Positions 12,901-25,560 of a DNA stretch of 64,000 nt are shown one piece after another. Positions within the stretch are counted from its first letter, which is position 1. Each line of letters starts with the position of its first letter. Where the stretch lies: contig NC_134030.1 in the NCBI RefSeq assembly GCF_964204645.1, positions 6,676,778 through 6,740,777 on the forward strand. The letters are read 5' to 3'. Position numbers and translations under genes: made by a program. Source of the stretch: Tubulanus polymorphus (lineage: Eukaryota > Animalia > Nemertea). The notes below the pieces were generated by a model. It had not been told where the DNA came from and made no database searches. It saw only the letters and a program-made list of their open reading frames with translations.

Positions 12901-15900
12901 CTGAAGCCTTAGTTAAGACCCGAGGGCCTGGTTCCTCAGTTGAGACTTAAGTCCAAAAACGGTCTTAGATTTTAAGATTGGTCTTAAGTTAGATTGGTTA
13001 CAGGACTAAGATGGTCTTGAATTGGTCTTAAGTCTAAGTCATGACTATGTTAACTGGGCCCTGAAGTTGCTTAAATCTTATTGCTAGAATCCGACTTTAC
13101 CATATTCGGTAAATGTTATCACTATTTTGTAGGTCTTATCGGTCAACAGACGGTAATGTTCAACCCTACGTCATCGCTTTCTCCCACCGATGATAAAATG
13201 TTCGATTTTTCTGATAATTCGATCCCCGAAATTCACCAACCTTGTACGCTGTTACTGCTGAGGAAGGAGAATGCTGTGCATACATCTGCCAGCCTTATCG
13301 AAGCATTTATGGTGCAGATGTCCATTCTTGGACTGTTAGGTAAGGTTACAAATCTAACGATAAAAAGTTCTCATCATATGCAGATGTCGTTCACGTTCAG
13401 GTTATGTATTTGCTGTATATATTTACAGGTCCGATTCAGCATTCTATTGATGTTAAGCTTACATCGAGACTGCTGTTTCATTCTGTTGGATTTACAGAAA
13501 CATTACTCAATAATCTAGGAGGGGATTTCAGCAAGGTATGCAGTGCATTAAAATCTTGATTGTTTATTTGTTTGTCAGTTCCTTCAAAATAGGCCTATTG
13601 CATCACTTCTAAAATTAACGGTGTTTATGATTTTTAGATGCCTGATAATGAAATTCAGCCGAGTCCGAGTTACATAGCGCCGAAAATGTACACAAATCCG
13701 GAATTAGAAGAGATTGTTGTGATAGCTTTAACCGGACACCAAATGATGAAATCTATGGGTATATTTGTTGGTACGTGTTCTGTAAGATCCATAGCAAACG
13801 GCATTAATAATCTGCTTTCAAACATGTTTTATTGTGGCATCCTTTTCCATTGTGTATCATAGTATAGATTTGCTTTGTGTATACCGGTAGTATTTTGTTA
13901 CTTGTGAATTACTATAGCCTTTTATCTATCTGTCTTTTTATCTGTCTTGTCACCCGACAACCTTTGCTAGTCTTGATCTTGGTTAAACAAATATTGCTGA
14001 AAATGTAGGATTTGAATTGTCCTATGTCTTAGCCATAAAGCAGGCATATGCCGCTTAGTATTCCGATAAACTACGACATTTTATCTAAAGCAATTTTTTC
14101 TGTGTCTCAGACCGATTTTCATTGTGTTTCTGTAGCTAAACTGTTGAATCTGTTGCCGTACGCGAACAAGTCTCCACCGTCGTACGTACGAGAAGGCTTC
14201 GAACTGCTCGGTATGAAATGGTTGTCGGGTTTAACGCCGAACCAAGCTCGCGAACTGACGCCGTACGAAGTCGGCGACAAGAACTGGAAGAGCAGCATTC
14301 ATACATTGACATCAGGTATAATTAATTCGCTTTAGCCAATTTATCTAAAAAGCATTTAATTGTAGTTTTATCGCTTAAGCGGTTCATGAATGAATATTCT
14401 ATTTGTAGAGCCAGCAATGATTTTAGTCGTTCGAGGAGAAAATGCATTTCAACGAGTAGAAAATATCATTGTTCCGAAGTCTATTTATCAAGTGAGTTAC
14501 GACTTCATCTTAATAGCTATCAATCTTTCACTCATCTTGTTATTGAATGGTATAACAACAGAATTTCAAGAATGTAGACATGTTGTTTGGTTGTTTTCTC
14601 CCACTAGGTCACCGATTCAAATTTACCGCTCGATAAGATGATGTCAGCTACACCTGAACTGGCGTATCGTTACGCGACAATGTTTTTCCATGAACGAGAA
14701 CTGTGGAGCGATCCGTCCAGTAGACCGTTGTTACCTTACCTCCCGCCTTCTCGATTCACGGCATCGGAATCTGATAAAAAACATTTGACAAAGTAAGACT
14801 AAGAATGATTATGATTTGGTGCTTACGATATCTGTAATATATATATATTCAACCCCTTTAAGGTTTTGGATGTATGTTAATGTCCTATGAGTTCGTTCTC
14901 AAACATCTTCACCCGTCAAGGTTCGAACCCACTACGCTAAAGCTGTTCGCCGAACCCCTTGACCTCACGAGTCGTTGGAGTCGTTACTAGCCGACCAGAA
15001 TCCGGTCCTACCAATCACAGCGCTCGTAACAAACCGTCAGTAGACTTCTGTTGGTTTTCCCGTTAAATTAACCAATCAGCGAACGTTTTACCGAACAAGG
15101 AAGTATTTCGCAAATCGATATATGACGTCATGCGCAACAGCGCCAGTAATGAAATCGTGCTTCGTGAGGCCAGGGGGCTGGTGGAAGCGAGTTCGAGAGT
15201 GATACCGGACCCCTGTCAAGCGAAGATGGTTCTCAAAGGGTTTTGTACATATACATTCATGTCAATACCTATCACCTGAGTGTTTCATTAGAATTACCCC
15301 GGTAAACACCCTAGCTGTTATTTCGATTGCCTGACATCCGAAAGATGTTGTAAGAGTCTTCATTCAAAGCAAACAAGGGTAAGACGGAATATTTACACTA
15401 AACGTAGTGAATTTTGTACAATTGAAACCCTGCAAAGATGGACTCAAGAAATAATTGAAACATGATTGAAGGGGTAAAAGGCAATAAATGGCAGTCAGCA
15501 TGAGAATATAGATGCGAGGGGTACCGGTATATAGCGGGGTAAGTTCAATTAGTCAATACCTATTAAAAATTGTCTTTCTCTTCATTATTGCATCATTAAC
15601 AGAAAGAAAACTCGTGGTTCACAAGCGATGAAATCGAATAGTCAAACTGCTATCGAGGACGAGCACATATTCCAGGCGATGTTAGCCGGCGCGCAGCCGC
15701 TGTGTACGATGCTCGTCGTAAAACCAGACGCGATGAAACACCTGACTAAAATCCTACGGCGCGTCGATTCGGAAGGTTTCGAAATCGTCGCGATGAACAT
15801 GCTCGTCTTTACGAGATCTCAGGCCGCGTACGCTATTCCGAAAGAAGCAGAGGAGGTGAATTTTTATTTTGAACTTTACTTTCACAGATCAGAAATTTCG

Positions 15901-18235
15901 AAAATGTCGATTTTATTCATGGTGGTCACTTGTCTGGAAATCAGGGTAAAGTCGGGGAATACTCAGAGAAAATCTGTAAAAACAGCAAAAAATTTAGGGA
16001 AATTTGTTGAGATTGCAAGATCGAGTTTCAAATCAAACAGTTACCAATCTCTGTGTTACGAATTTGACTGTGTTATTTGATTGGATTCTGAGCAGATCAG
16101 GGAAAACTATGTGCATTTTAACGTGCAATAGTTAGGGTAAAAGCAAGTCAACTAAAAGTGGCCACCCTTTATTTCCACAACTGCGAAATTCTTATTTCCG
16201 GAGAAGTCTTTTATGAGCTGTACAACGAATTGTGTATTCTACTCTTTCAGGATGATGTTGAATTAAAGAAACACGTTGAACATTTGACCGCTGCGCCGAG
16301 CATGGTAATGGTGTTGAAACGTGAGAATGCCGTCAAACGATTGGTCGATTTGCTCGGGCCGACTGATCCGCAGGGAGCTCGTCGTCTCAGTCAATTCTAC
16401 TGGAGGGGTGTGTTTGGAACGACTAGTATTTATAACGGTTTACACGGTAAGGACAAAATCTTTTTCTATGGCTATGATAGTCTTTAGCCGAAACTTGCTC
16501 AAATATATATATAAATTTCTATTCAAGAACTTTACATACTTGGTTGATTTATTGCTGAAATATCATCTTACACGGATATTGTAAATGTGTTTCTTCTCGA
16601 CTCAAACGTATTCATATGCCTCCCTCTTTCAAGGATAGTTTCTAATTTCAGGTTCCGTTACATATACAAAGGCGGTTGAAGGAATTAAGACATTTTTCCC
16701 CGAAGGCGTATGCTGTCAATCAACATTAAACCTTCACGCTGATGAGGTAGATAATTTGTAGTTTAAAATCATGATGGTCCTGCGATCAAAAGCAATTTTA
16801 TTTGGGGGGTGTGTGTGGGAGAATATTTATGTTCTCTTTTGATATATTAGATGTTACTAGTTCGCTATTTCAAATGTGTTCCTCTACATAACTCTTTGCA
16901 TGGCTTGTTAAGTCAACTAAGTGCCACTAGTGCAACCTTTTGGAAACTTGATAAGGTCTTAATTTGTGCAGAAAAGTGCATACTTTCGCTACAATTACTA
17001 CAAACCATGGTTTTTTCATCATCTATGTATTGTTTCAGATTCCGTGCCCGGCTATTGATCCCGATATATCGATCGACCAATATCGACGTCGTCGATTAGA
17101 AATGAAATCGCCGGAGGATGGATTGATCAGTTCGGCGATGTCTTCCCCGGGATTATTACACGTATCGTCCCTTACGCAGACTACGTGCATCGTGTTACCT
17201 CCACGCATCATTAACGGCAGCGGCCAAACGACGAAACATTCATACGTTGAAATCATCGATGGCTTACTCTCGCACGGGTATGTACTAGCTCTAGAGAACA
17301 ATTAAGGGAAACTCAATTCATCTAAAAATGTCCTCGTAGTGTGTGGTTAGTAACAGTAGGCACCGCTCGAGTCAGATGATTTTAGTCCTTGAAAACTTTT
17401 CCGACTTGAGATCTGATTTCTGGGTTCTGAGATTCAACTTGTGCTTTAACAAAACGTTCCTTTCACTCGTTCAAGGTTTGAACTAGTTGGAAGCAAAATG
17501 GTCAATTTGACGCAACAACAATCAGAAGACCTCTGTCATATCGTCGAAGCCGGAAATTTCCATCAAGTAAGTAACTACTTAATTCTCAATTTCTGTATGG
17601 GTAAAAGCCTAGGTCCATCTCAATAATGTATTTTCTTCGATAAAAACTGCTATAGGTTTGTATGTAATGGTATCTTGTATTTAAAAATTTCATTTGCGCT
17701 GTTTTTTCAGGTACCGATGTTAACGTCTGGTCCTAGTTTAGTTCTCGTATTACAGCGTGATAATGCCGTCAGGGGATTTCAGACGCTTACAATGAGGTAT
17801 TTAAGAAATATTTCTTCAGCTTTGCTCACTAGAATCTAATGAAATGTAATCGATAACTAGCGCCTGTTCTCCTGCTTTAAGGCCACAGAAGGCATCTTAG
17901 TAGTTCAAGTTGTTTGTTCATGTCCTACCAAATTATCCACACACATCCATTTGCATTTTCTTTGAACAGCAATTTGGTTCAGTTTTATTATCGAGCTAGA
18001 GATACTTTGATCCAATGCGGACATTGGAAAATTTCATTAACTTTTCAAAACGTATTTTTACTTATGTTTCAGTGTGATCATACGCGGTGAATCACTGAAC
18101 AAACGCTACGGCGCCGAGCTACTCCGTCCCCGAGATCAAAAACAATCCAATAATATGATACTGTACTTCTTCAACAATTTACCAACCGAGGGTCAAGTTG
18201 AGATACGATCAGCTAGCACTAGCGATACCGGTTAA
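6920..18235 (+). CDS. DNAAF8: Dynein axonemal assembly factor 8 (C16orf71/Daap1-like): DUF4701-like N-terminus, acidic disordered region and tandem NDK-like domains; about 25 exons
   Basis: The N-terminal DTIFSEVTKNLPDISFDDDGSD/ISSEDDEAEVQIFQR resembles C16orf71 'DAILKAVKDQLPSLDSD...EEELFIFQR'. The C-terminal half has repeated NDK folds (VKPDA at 15721; GPTDPQGARR..WRGVFG..NGLHGS at 16251-16446/16652). Consistent GT-AG exons include 6919-7072, 7379-7666, 8063-8306, 11626-12682, 15603-15855, 16251-16446, 16652-16746, 17711-17796 and 18073-18235 (TAA). AATAAA at about 19223. The gene is adjacent to ANKS3, as in human. Confidence 0.85.
7845..7930 (-). mobile_element. Degenerate tRNA-derived SINE-like head in a DNAAF8 intron
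   Basis: The minus strand reads AGTACGTTGGATAAGGCATGG...GTGGGCTCGAGTCC, with A-box-like and B-box-like elements at tRNA spacing and no intact cloverleaf. Confidence 0.35.
12780..13062. mobile_element. Two adjacent short MITE-like insertions in a DNAAF8 intron
   Basis: 12780-12903 resembles 56620-56756 (shared 'TCAACTATCTACT..T..CTAACCA.CTT....AACTGACCCC'). 12923-13062 has GGGCC(T/C)GGTT...AACTGGGCCC ends and resembles the reverse complement of 45510-45631. Confidence 0.55.
14905..15070 (-). mobile_element. Interspersed repeat with a B-box-like motif; second copy inverted at 23805-23976
   Basis: CATCTTCACC..GGTTCGAACCCACTACGCTAAAGCTGTTC..AACCCCTTGACCT..GTCGTTACTAGCCGACCA..CCAATCACAGC aligns to the reverse complement of 23805-23976. 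Confidence 0.7.
15919..16168. mobile_element. MITE with GGTGG(T/C)CACT terminal inverted repeats in a DNAAF8 intron
   Basis: GGTGGTCACT at 15921 and AGTGGCCACC at 16157, with internal short GGGAAA-type repeats. Confidence 0.55.
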
Positions 18236-20195
18236 ATACGTACGGTTGTTGAAAATCTATATCTACATCTGATCTACATGAAATTCACTTTTGAGTGTAA
18301 TTTGTTTGTTGTTCCATTTTGCACGAAACGTTTGTTTTGAAACGGTTATTGTTATTTTTCTGCCGGTGTTTTTAAATGATGATTTATCTCTTCGTGCCAG
18401 TTAATCGAATTGTACATGCGTTGATGAAGTGGTAGAACTAGCTAAGAGTGAAAGCTCATGTTTTGCCAATGCAGCAGCGGTGTAGCTCTGTGTTGCTGAT
18501 ACAACAGCAGTAAAGCTCCATTTTGCTTATTGTTACAATAACTGATACAGTTCTGTTGAGCTCTGAAGCAGTGTCAGTAGTAGCTCCTGATCACAGAGTT
18601 AAGTTTTAAAAAATCCGTCCAAAAATGATTATTTTTATGCATATATTGTACGCTTACTTTTTAAGCACGGTACTGCATGTACATCTACCTGTGTTCTACA
18701 CTTAACATATTTGAAAAATTGGTGTTTCTTGATATTGACACCATTTACTAAGATATAAACTTTTGTAGATAAAATACTGAATCAAAAAAGTTATATGAGA
18801 GAAACTTCTTATTCAACTTTTTGCATGTATGTAAAACTTTGGAAGTGATTTTTTAATTGAACCGTAAAGTTGAAAAATTGTAGAAAATGATAGTGAATTA
18901 AACTGATTTTTTTACATGGAATTTTACATAATTCTATATTCACATCGTCATTCTACTACTTCAAATATTCCGTCCAATGTAAGATCATCTCATTTTGACG
19001 TATTCATAGAATGGCTGAGCTACCAGGTAATAGCTGAACTAAAGAAATACTCTTGATTTGATTATATAATTGATTATTACGAGTTTACATTATACGGTTT
19101 AAAGATGAACCATTTTAACTCACTGCTCTATGCGAGTTGACAGTCAATGACTCATTGTTGTTTAACAAATGTTTATATATTTTTGCCTATGTACGTTTCA
19201 TAGTAGATTATTTATTATTGCCAATAAATTTGAGAATGTTGAATTTTAAATTATGGCTCGGAATTCTTTCGTAGCTTGGAAATAATTCGCATTTGGTCTT
19301 GACTTTTGATTTTTTAATCAGATGAATGGCTAGTTATATCAGTGGACGAGAGACCCTTGACTTGGTCCGGGGTACGTGGTGGCATCAGTGACCACCAAAA
19401 TCCATAGACTTCTCAATATTTTCTATTAAGACGCAACATTAATGACGTATTTCAGATTTCATCGACTACTATGAACTGTCATATTGCAAGTACCAGGAGA
19501 TCCAGGAGGATTTGAGAGACTTATACAAGACTTGTACATAATTCAACCGACTACTATAAACTGTTGTCATATGTAATGAAAATTATGAAAGTTAATAAGT
19601 ACATACGGACTGGATATTAAACATCCTGTTCCCCTTCTAGTACCAGCAGTATTGATCTTTACTTCCTGTTCAACAACAATCATGTAAATAATCCGCAAAG
19701 ACGATGCTTCAACTCTGTAGAGTAATTTTCAAAAAATACTTTTATTACGAAACGTTCGTAGTCGTATTATCTTTATACAATTGATGATAAAAAAATTATA
19801 AATCTTGATTTTAAATATGGTATCAACAGAATATTAACAGTTTAATTACAAAACAGAGATCTATTTTACAATGTTCGACACAAGTTATGATTCTTAGAAT
19901 CTGATTACTGGGTTAAGGCAAGAAATAGATCTAGGTTGGCATTAATGATTAACAGGAAAAAAACTTATTTGAAGCAGTTTGCCCTCATTATTCCAATGCA
20001 ATATTAAACCCACAGCAAATACTCAATGGTTCGCATGCACTGACTTTTCCTTTTCTTCAACTTTTCCATTCTGTTCAACTTATACATTATATCCTAATGA
20101 AAAAGAATCTTCTTGGTTAATTCGAATGGAAACAGTGTTGACGACAGTGAACCCATTCAGTGGCTACATGAAGTCCTTCCACACCACATCAGTCA

Positions 20196-22694
20196 TTATC
20201 TGTGGATGTTCAATTGCGCGTTCAGTTCTAATATTTTGCGACCCAAATCGGCGTTGTGTTGACGCAGGTAACGAATCATATCCGCCTGCTTTTCTAAAAC
20301 TTCGTCCAAATAATTTTCATCCCTGTTCGATACAATAAAAGAATTCCAATTATCGTGTCATATTCAATTTCCGTGATGTCGAGTCTCAAGTTAGCTCTCG
20401 AAATGTTAAAGGTTAAATAAAACATTTCTTTCAAGATTTTCCAAGGCAATGTTTCATACCATTTAGTTGAGGAAGAAAAGTTTGGAAAGATTATAAATCT
20501 TCACTTACTTGAAACCGATTTCCGTCGATTGAGCCTGCGATATCAGAAAACTAGTCATCATTTCATCCTGACAGGCATCGGGTAATGCATTGTGTTGATT
20601 GAATTTGACGGTTCGCACTGAAACAACAACATTCTTCAACATGTATTGCAATCGAATGAAGAAGCCCCACAATTCGAACGTATTTCATACGATACAATTT
20701 ATTAAAATGAAACAACAAATTTTTGGCTGATAACTAACAGCCGCCATCAGGTAGAATGACCAGAAACTAGTACCAGAAAGCGTATTAATAGAAGCTGTAT
20801 ATTAAAGAACAATTGAAGTTCGCCTAAACTTTCTAAAACTTAAGAAACTAATTGAATCATATCTTACAGAGATAAACGAGCAGAAACGGTAGCGTGGCTA
20901 ATGTTTCTAACGACACGATCACTTGAATGTAGTTATTACGATTGAACTTCGTCGATGTTATGTTTTCGTGCTCTTGCAAAACGATTATCACGACGGTGAG
21001 AAGGGCGTTACCTGAAATGCATCGATGCAACAGAAAATCAGTTCGCTTTGGGCCGAAAATTAAAAGGGCATTAATGGTTAGAAGCAGTTGCTTTAGCAAA
21101 ATTAAGGACCTTTTTAGTGAATTGTGCCCATGATGGTCACTGGAAATGACTGCTCATGATTTGTCAAATGATAATAATAACCTATGAACAAATCACTTTG
21201 TCATTCATGCACATCGGCATGTTACTTGTCCAGAAGGGTTGTGTGCTTGGTTTTTGATTAATTGATTAACATTTAGTATCACAATTACGAAAGCTGTGAT
21301 AAGAATATTTCTGATAGCTTGTAAGCAAAAAAATTCAGCACATTCTGACATTTCTGTGAAAAGTAAGCACAAATCTAAGCCTTCACAGATTTTTCCAAAA
21401 GATAGCATTAAGTAGGACATGTTACGAACGATGAAGGGGTGGTTGGTCTAGGCTGCCGATTTCGATAGAACACTCACCTCCCGAGAGAATAAAGAAAGGA
21501 ATTCTACGAATATGTCTCGTACGCCGATAAAACTCCAAATATCCGTTCCGCCGCGAGAAATAATGTTGATATCTCAAATATCTATCAATAATAAATGTCA
21601 ATAACCAGACACACGCGTGCAGATAGATCAACAATGTATAACCATGGATACAGCATTTTTTGGCATCAACGTCGGGACAAATGGTCGGTATTACGAATGC
21701 GAGAACCTCGAATATCACCTGTGAAAGAAAAACATTAGAACTTGAATTTTTAGCTCATGGTTTTAACCCTTTCAGTACGTCTACACTGCAGTGCGGTGTT
21801 TAAATCGCTCATGGACTTATGCTAGTGCACCACACATTGGTGCGTTGATGTATTTGTTTATAATCTCAAATGAAAAATGGTGACACCTTCAAACACAGTT
21901 AAATATTAGTAACTAACATACACATAGAGCAGTGAAGACACATTATAGCCGTATGCCCGTAATTCAACACACTGGGGTGGAATCTTTAAAAAAATTCCAA
22001 ATTATCTCAAGCACTTTCTTTAGGGTATTAATTAGTCGGCACAGAAAGGGTTATTAAGATATTCAATGGCTATGTTTTATGCGAACTTACTACAATCAAT
22101 AACTGTACTACAATCGCCCAAACTGTATTAATAGTTCGTGAATTTGGTTCTATTTCTGTACTCAGTAATGTATGTTCTGAATACGCCTCCTCGGATGAAC
22201 TATTAACCGACGTGTCTCCATCAAAGAAATATCCACCCTGTCCCTGAAATAAATCATAAACTATGATTAACTCATTATATCCTGTCAGCATCTCAGGGGC
22301 TTGTCACGATATGTAAATTTAAAAGATTTGACCTAGTCAGTATTTTAGTGTCAGTATCCTAATCCCATATCATCCTGTATATATAGCCTTTTGGTCTAGC
22401 TACTGGACTGAATCTTTGATTTTGGATCCCCACCTTTCGTGACAAGCAACTGTTTAGTGTTTTCAGCATGTTTTGGTATGGTCAGAGCAGAGCTGAGGAA
22501 AGCTCAGCTCTGTAGTAACTACGAGTACGTCGTACTACGTCAATAAATTTATTTTAAATTGAATTGTTCGTTCTTTCTGATATCATCGACATCGTGAATC
22601 ATTTGAAACAAATGCAGAGAATTACACGCCATAACTCTCTCTGACAAATATTACTTACCCCTTGTCTTCGGTTATCCGGTCCTAAACTGACCAT
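20196..22694 (-). CDS. TMEM192: Transmembrane protein 192 (lysosomal membrane protein), 6 coding exons
   Basis: In-frame exons 22694-22659, 22243-22091, 21718-21478, 21011-20868, 20617-~20508, 20322-20196. Motifs HACVWLLTFIIDRYLRYQH..SRRNGYLEFYRRTRHIRRIP..ILSGGNALL, TVKFN...PD and the C-terminal coiled coil EIGFK.ENYLDEVLEKQADMIRYLRQHNADLGRKILEL match TMEM192. A minus-strand AATAAA is at about 19741. Confidence 0.93.
21767..22050. mobile_element. piggyBac-like MITE in TMEM192 intron 2
   Basis: TTAA|CCCTTTCAGTAC ... GGCACAGAAAGGG|TTAT: CCC/GGG termini with a TTAA-type target site duplication (one mismatch). Confidence 0.6.
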
Positions 22695-22759
22695 TGCTCA
22701 TCGGTTGTAACGAGTATTCTTCATCTATCTATTAAAAAAAACTTAATTTGCTAATTCCC

Positions 22760-23060
22760 GTGACAGGGATTCCCCAGTTTTTTGCTAATGACGTCATGAA
22801 GTTTCGCGCTAAAACGAGGAACGGTGAAATTCAATTCAATTTTCACTTTATTTAAATGATGAAATCCACACTTCGAATTTAAAATCATACGATCAAATTT
22901 ATTATTATGAAACCATTCCACCTGATGATGGCTGTTAGTCAACAGCCGATACGTTGTAGTTTCATAATAATAAATTTGATCGTATAATTTTAGATTCGAA
23001 GTGTGGGCCGACATTTGAACATTTTGACATGCGCGAAATATCAAAATGGCGGCGTGCTCA
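22760..23060. promoter_or_regulatory. TMEM192 upstream (possibly bidirectional) promoter with NF-kB-like, CRE and YY1-like motifs
   Basis: GGGATTCCCC at 22766-22775, TGACGTCA at 22789-22796 and AAAATGGCGGC at 23043-23053, all within 360 bp of the TMEM192 ATG. A + strand donor (TCG|GTAAGT) follows at 23151. Confidence 0.45.
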
Positions 23061-23804
23061 AAACAAAACACGAAAAGCAAATTTCAAACCATAAGTTCTA
23101 TGTTTCAAACATAGACTTTTAGACCCCAGAAATCAGTATTTCAATATTCGGTAAGTACTCATAACGTTAGTTAAAATGACGAAAAATATTTCATCTTAGA
23201 TATTGCGGGTAATCATATAGCACATGGTGAAAATCACTCAAGCATTGCAAAGACAAAGACGACAAAGTCGAAGTTCTGTTGAAAAACTAAAAAGGCCAAG
23301 GATTGGCTGACCATAGGGCGGATCCAGGAATTTAGAATATGGGGTCCGAAACTTCAAGAGTCGATATTTCTAGATCATGGCCATTGACATTGTGCTTGTT
23401 GGTCTTGCTCTGTGACTGTCACTGTGTGTTGAGGGCCTATGTTCTTAATGATATTTCTTGAGTGAATAAGTATTGCCTTGTCTATAATGAATTTACCAGT
23501 ATTCTGTTTTTATCCAGTATTTCAATATTTGGTAAGTAAATATAACTTTGGTTAAAATGGCGAAAAATATTTCATCTCAGACAGTTATTTTGGCAAACCA
23601 TATTCCAGAGAGGCGCATCCAGCTGCACATGGTCTCGCTCAATCTCATTGCACCCGTGCCCGCGGTCAGTCAAGCTTCCTCTCTCCTCCTTCCCCCATCC
23701 TCTCCTCGGTATCGCCCCCTGAACTCGCTTCCACCAGCCTCCTGGCCTCATGATTGCAATTTTGTTACTGGTACTATTGCGCACATCAACTTGCAAAATA
23801 CTAC

Positions 23805-23976
23805 CTGATTGGTCCATTTAGTGGGAAATCCCACGCAAGTCTAATGGCATTTTTTACAAGTGCTGTGATTGGCCCAACAGATTTTGGTCGGCTAGTAACG
23901 ACTTAATGAGTCGTTAGGTCAAGGGGTTAGGGGAATAGCTTTAACGTAGTGGGTTCAAATCGCATTGGTGAAGATG
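23805..23976 (+). mobile_element. Second copy of the 14905-15070 interspersed repeat
   Basis: Reverse-complement similarity to 14905-15070, including GGTCGGCTAGTAACGACT and GTAGTGGGTTCAAATC. Confidence 0.7.
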
Positions 23977-24659
23977 GAAAAAATTCTCAATTTTAAAACT
24001 GGCACTTTCCTATTGAAAAAGGACAGATCTTGTACCTGAATGAATCATTTGAGAATGGATTTACTTTCCAAAAACTGAAAATTGAAAATTGTATCAGAAT
24101 TTCAAAAAAATCTTGACCTGAATTTTTTTACACTGACTTTTTGAAGGGCATTTTGAAAATTTTAGGGGTTCATTCCACCCTGAACCCCCCTCAGCACGGG
24201 CCTGATTTCTAGACCATGGGTGTCATCATGTGTTGTAATTTGTTCTGAAATGATTCTTCAAAATTTGACTTAGTTTTGCCTTTTGGTTTCTGTAGCCTAT
24301 GAATTCCTTCGGTTTTTATACTGTTTCAATTTTAATAGGCCTACTTTCTGTTTTCATTTGTAGATGCGTAAAACTATTTCATAAAGAATTGACATCAGAA
24401 CCAGTGAAAACAGTGTAAGTTTATTTCATCTTTTAAATGCTTTCTTCATCGGATTCAGAAACAGGTAATATTTATACTGTTCATGTATCTTAATTACTTT
24501 CTATTTTCATTATATTTCATGTTGAACTCTGGTGGCAAAACCGAAACTACAGATTGGAGCAAACAATTTGATTTGTAAGTTTGAATTCTGAATTTGATGA
24601 TTCTGCAGTTCGGCTGTAAGGGAAGAAAACAATCTTAGATTTGTCTATCATAGGTATCG

Positions 24660-25012
24660 CTACAATGGGAACTTGGATTCAGTGCAGGAGGTACAACAAG
24701 GAATCAGTGCTTTACAATGAGACTTTCTTGGATTGCGCACACACAGGACAACAAGGAATCAGTGCTTTAAAATGAGACTTTCTTGGATTCAGCACAGGAT
24801 ATCAAGGAATCAGTGCATTACAATGAGACTTTCTTGGATTAAGCACAGGATATCAAGGAATCAGTGCTTTACTATAAGACTTTCTTGGATTCAGCACAGG
24901 ATATCAAGGAATCAGTGCTTAACAATAAGACTCATGGATTCAGCACAGGATAAGGAATCAGTGCTTTACAATTAGTCCGTCTTGGATTCTGCACAGGACA
25001 TCAGGAATCAAC
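24660..25012. repeat. Minisatellite, ~51-bp unit, about 7 copies
   Basis: The unit TCTTGGATTCAGCACAGGATATCAAGGAATCAGTGCTTTACAATGAGACTT recurs at 24781, 24832 and 24883. Confidence 0.9.
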
Positions 25013-25351
25013 AACTGGAAATTCAAGATAAGTTACATTTATTTCTTATTTATCAGTTGTTGATTTGATTATGGGACCAGTTTTATCGTGTAAGTTGTAA
25101 ACCATGTTTTGAAGTGAAATCGGAGCTTTTGCATATTTGCATATTCAATCCATTAAAATATCTTTTTATCGGTGTATATTTGGTAAGGATTAGTTCATGG
25201 TTGGGATTGTTATTTTAGCGATACATAAAAGAATAGCGGGTTTACAGGTTTTCTTAATTGTGATTAACTCTTAAATGTTATTTCTTATCAAAATGAAACT
25301 GGTCCCTGATGTCAATAACACAACTGTTATCAATCATGTTACTTCGACACA

Positions 25352-25559
25352 ATCAGATGTGTTCACGATTTCTCTAGATTAAACTGCTGTAGATTTCGGG
25401 CTGATTAAACTGTTACAGATACGTGTAAATAGTCTTCAGATACAGAGACAGCGGATCACTGTATTAGTTCATCCTGTGATTGAACAATGATTTGTTCTCT
25501 CATCTTCACTATTCCCATCTGTCTAACTAAAACATTGTAACACTTCAACTCATCTAACC
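25352..25559 (-). repeat. Left ~210-bp arm, inverted copy of 35643-35851
   Basis: ATCAGATGT...CTGCTGTAGATTTCGGGCTGATT...TTTGTTCTCTCATCTTCACTATTCCCATCTGTCTAACTAAAACAT...CATCTAACC is the reverse complement of 35643-35851. Confidence 0.9.
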
Positions 25560-25560
25560 C

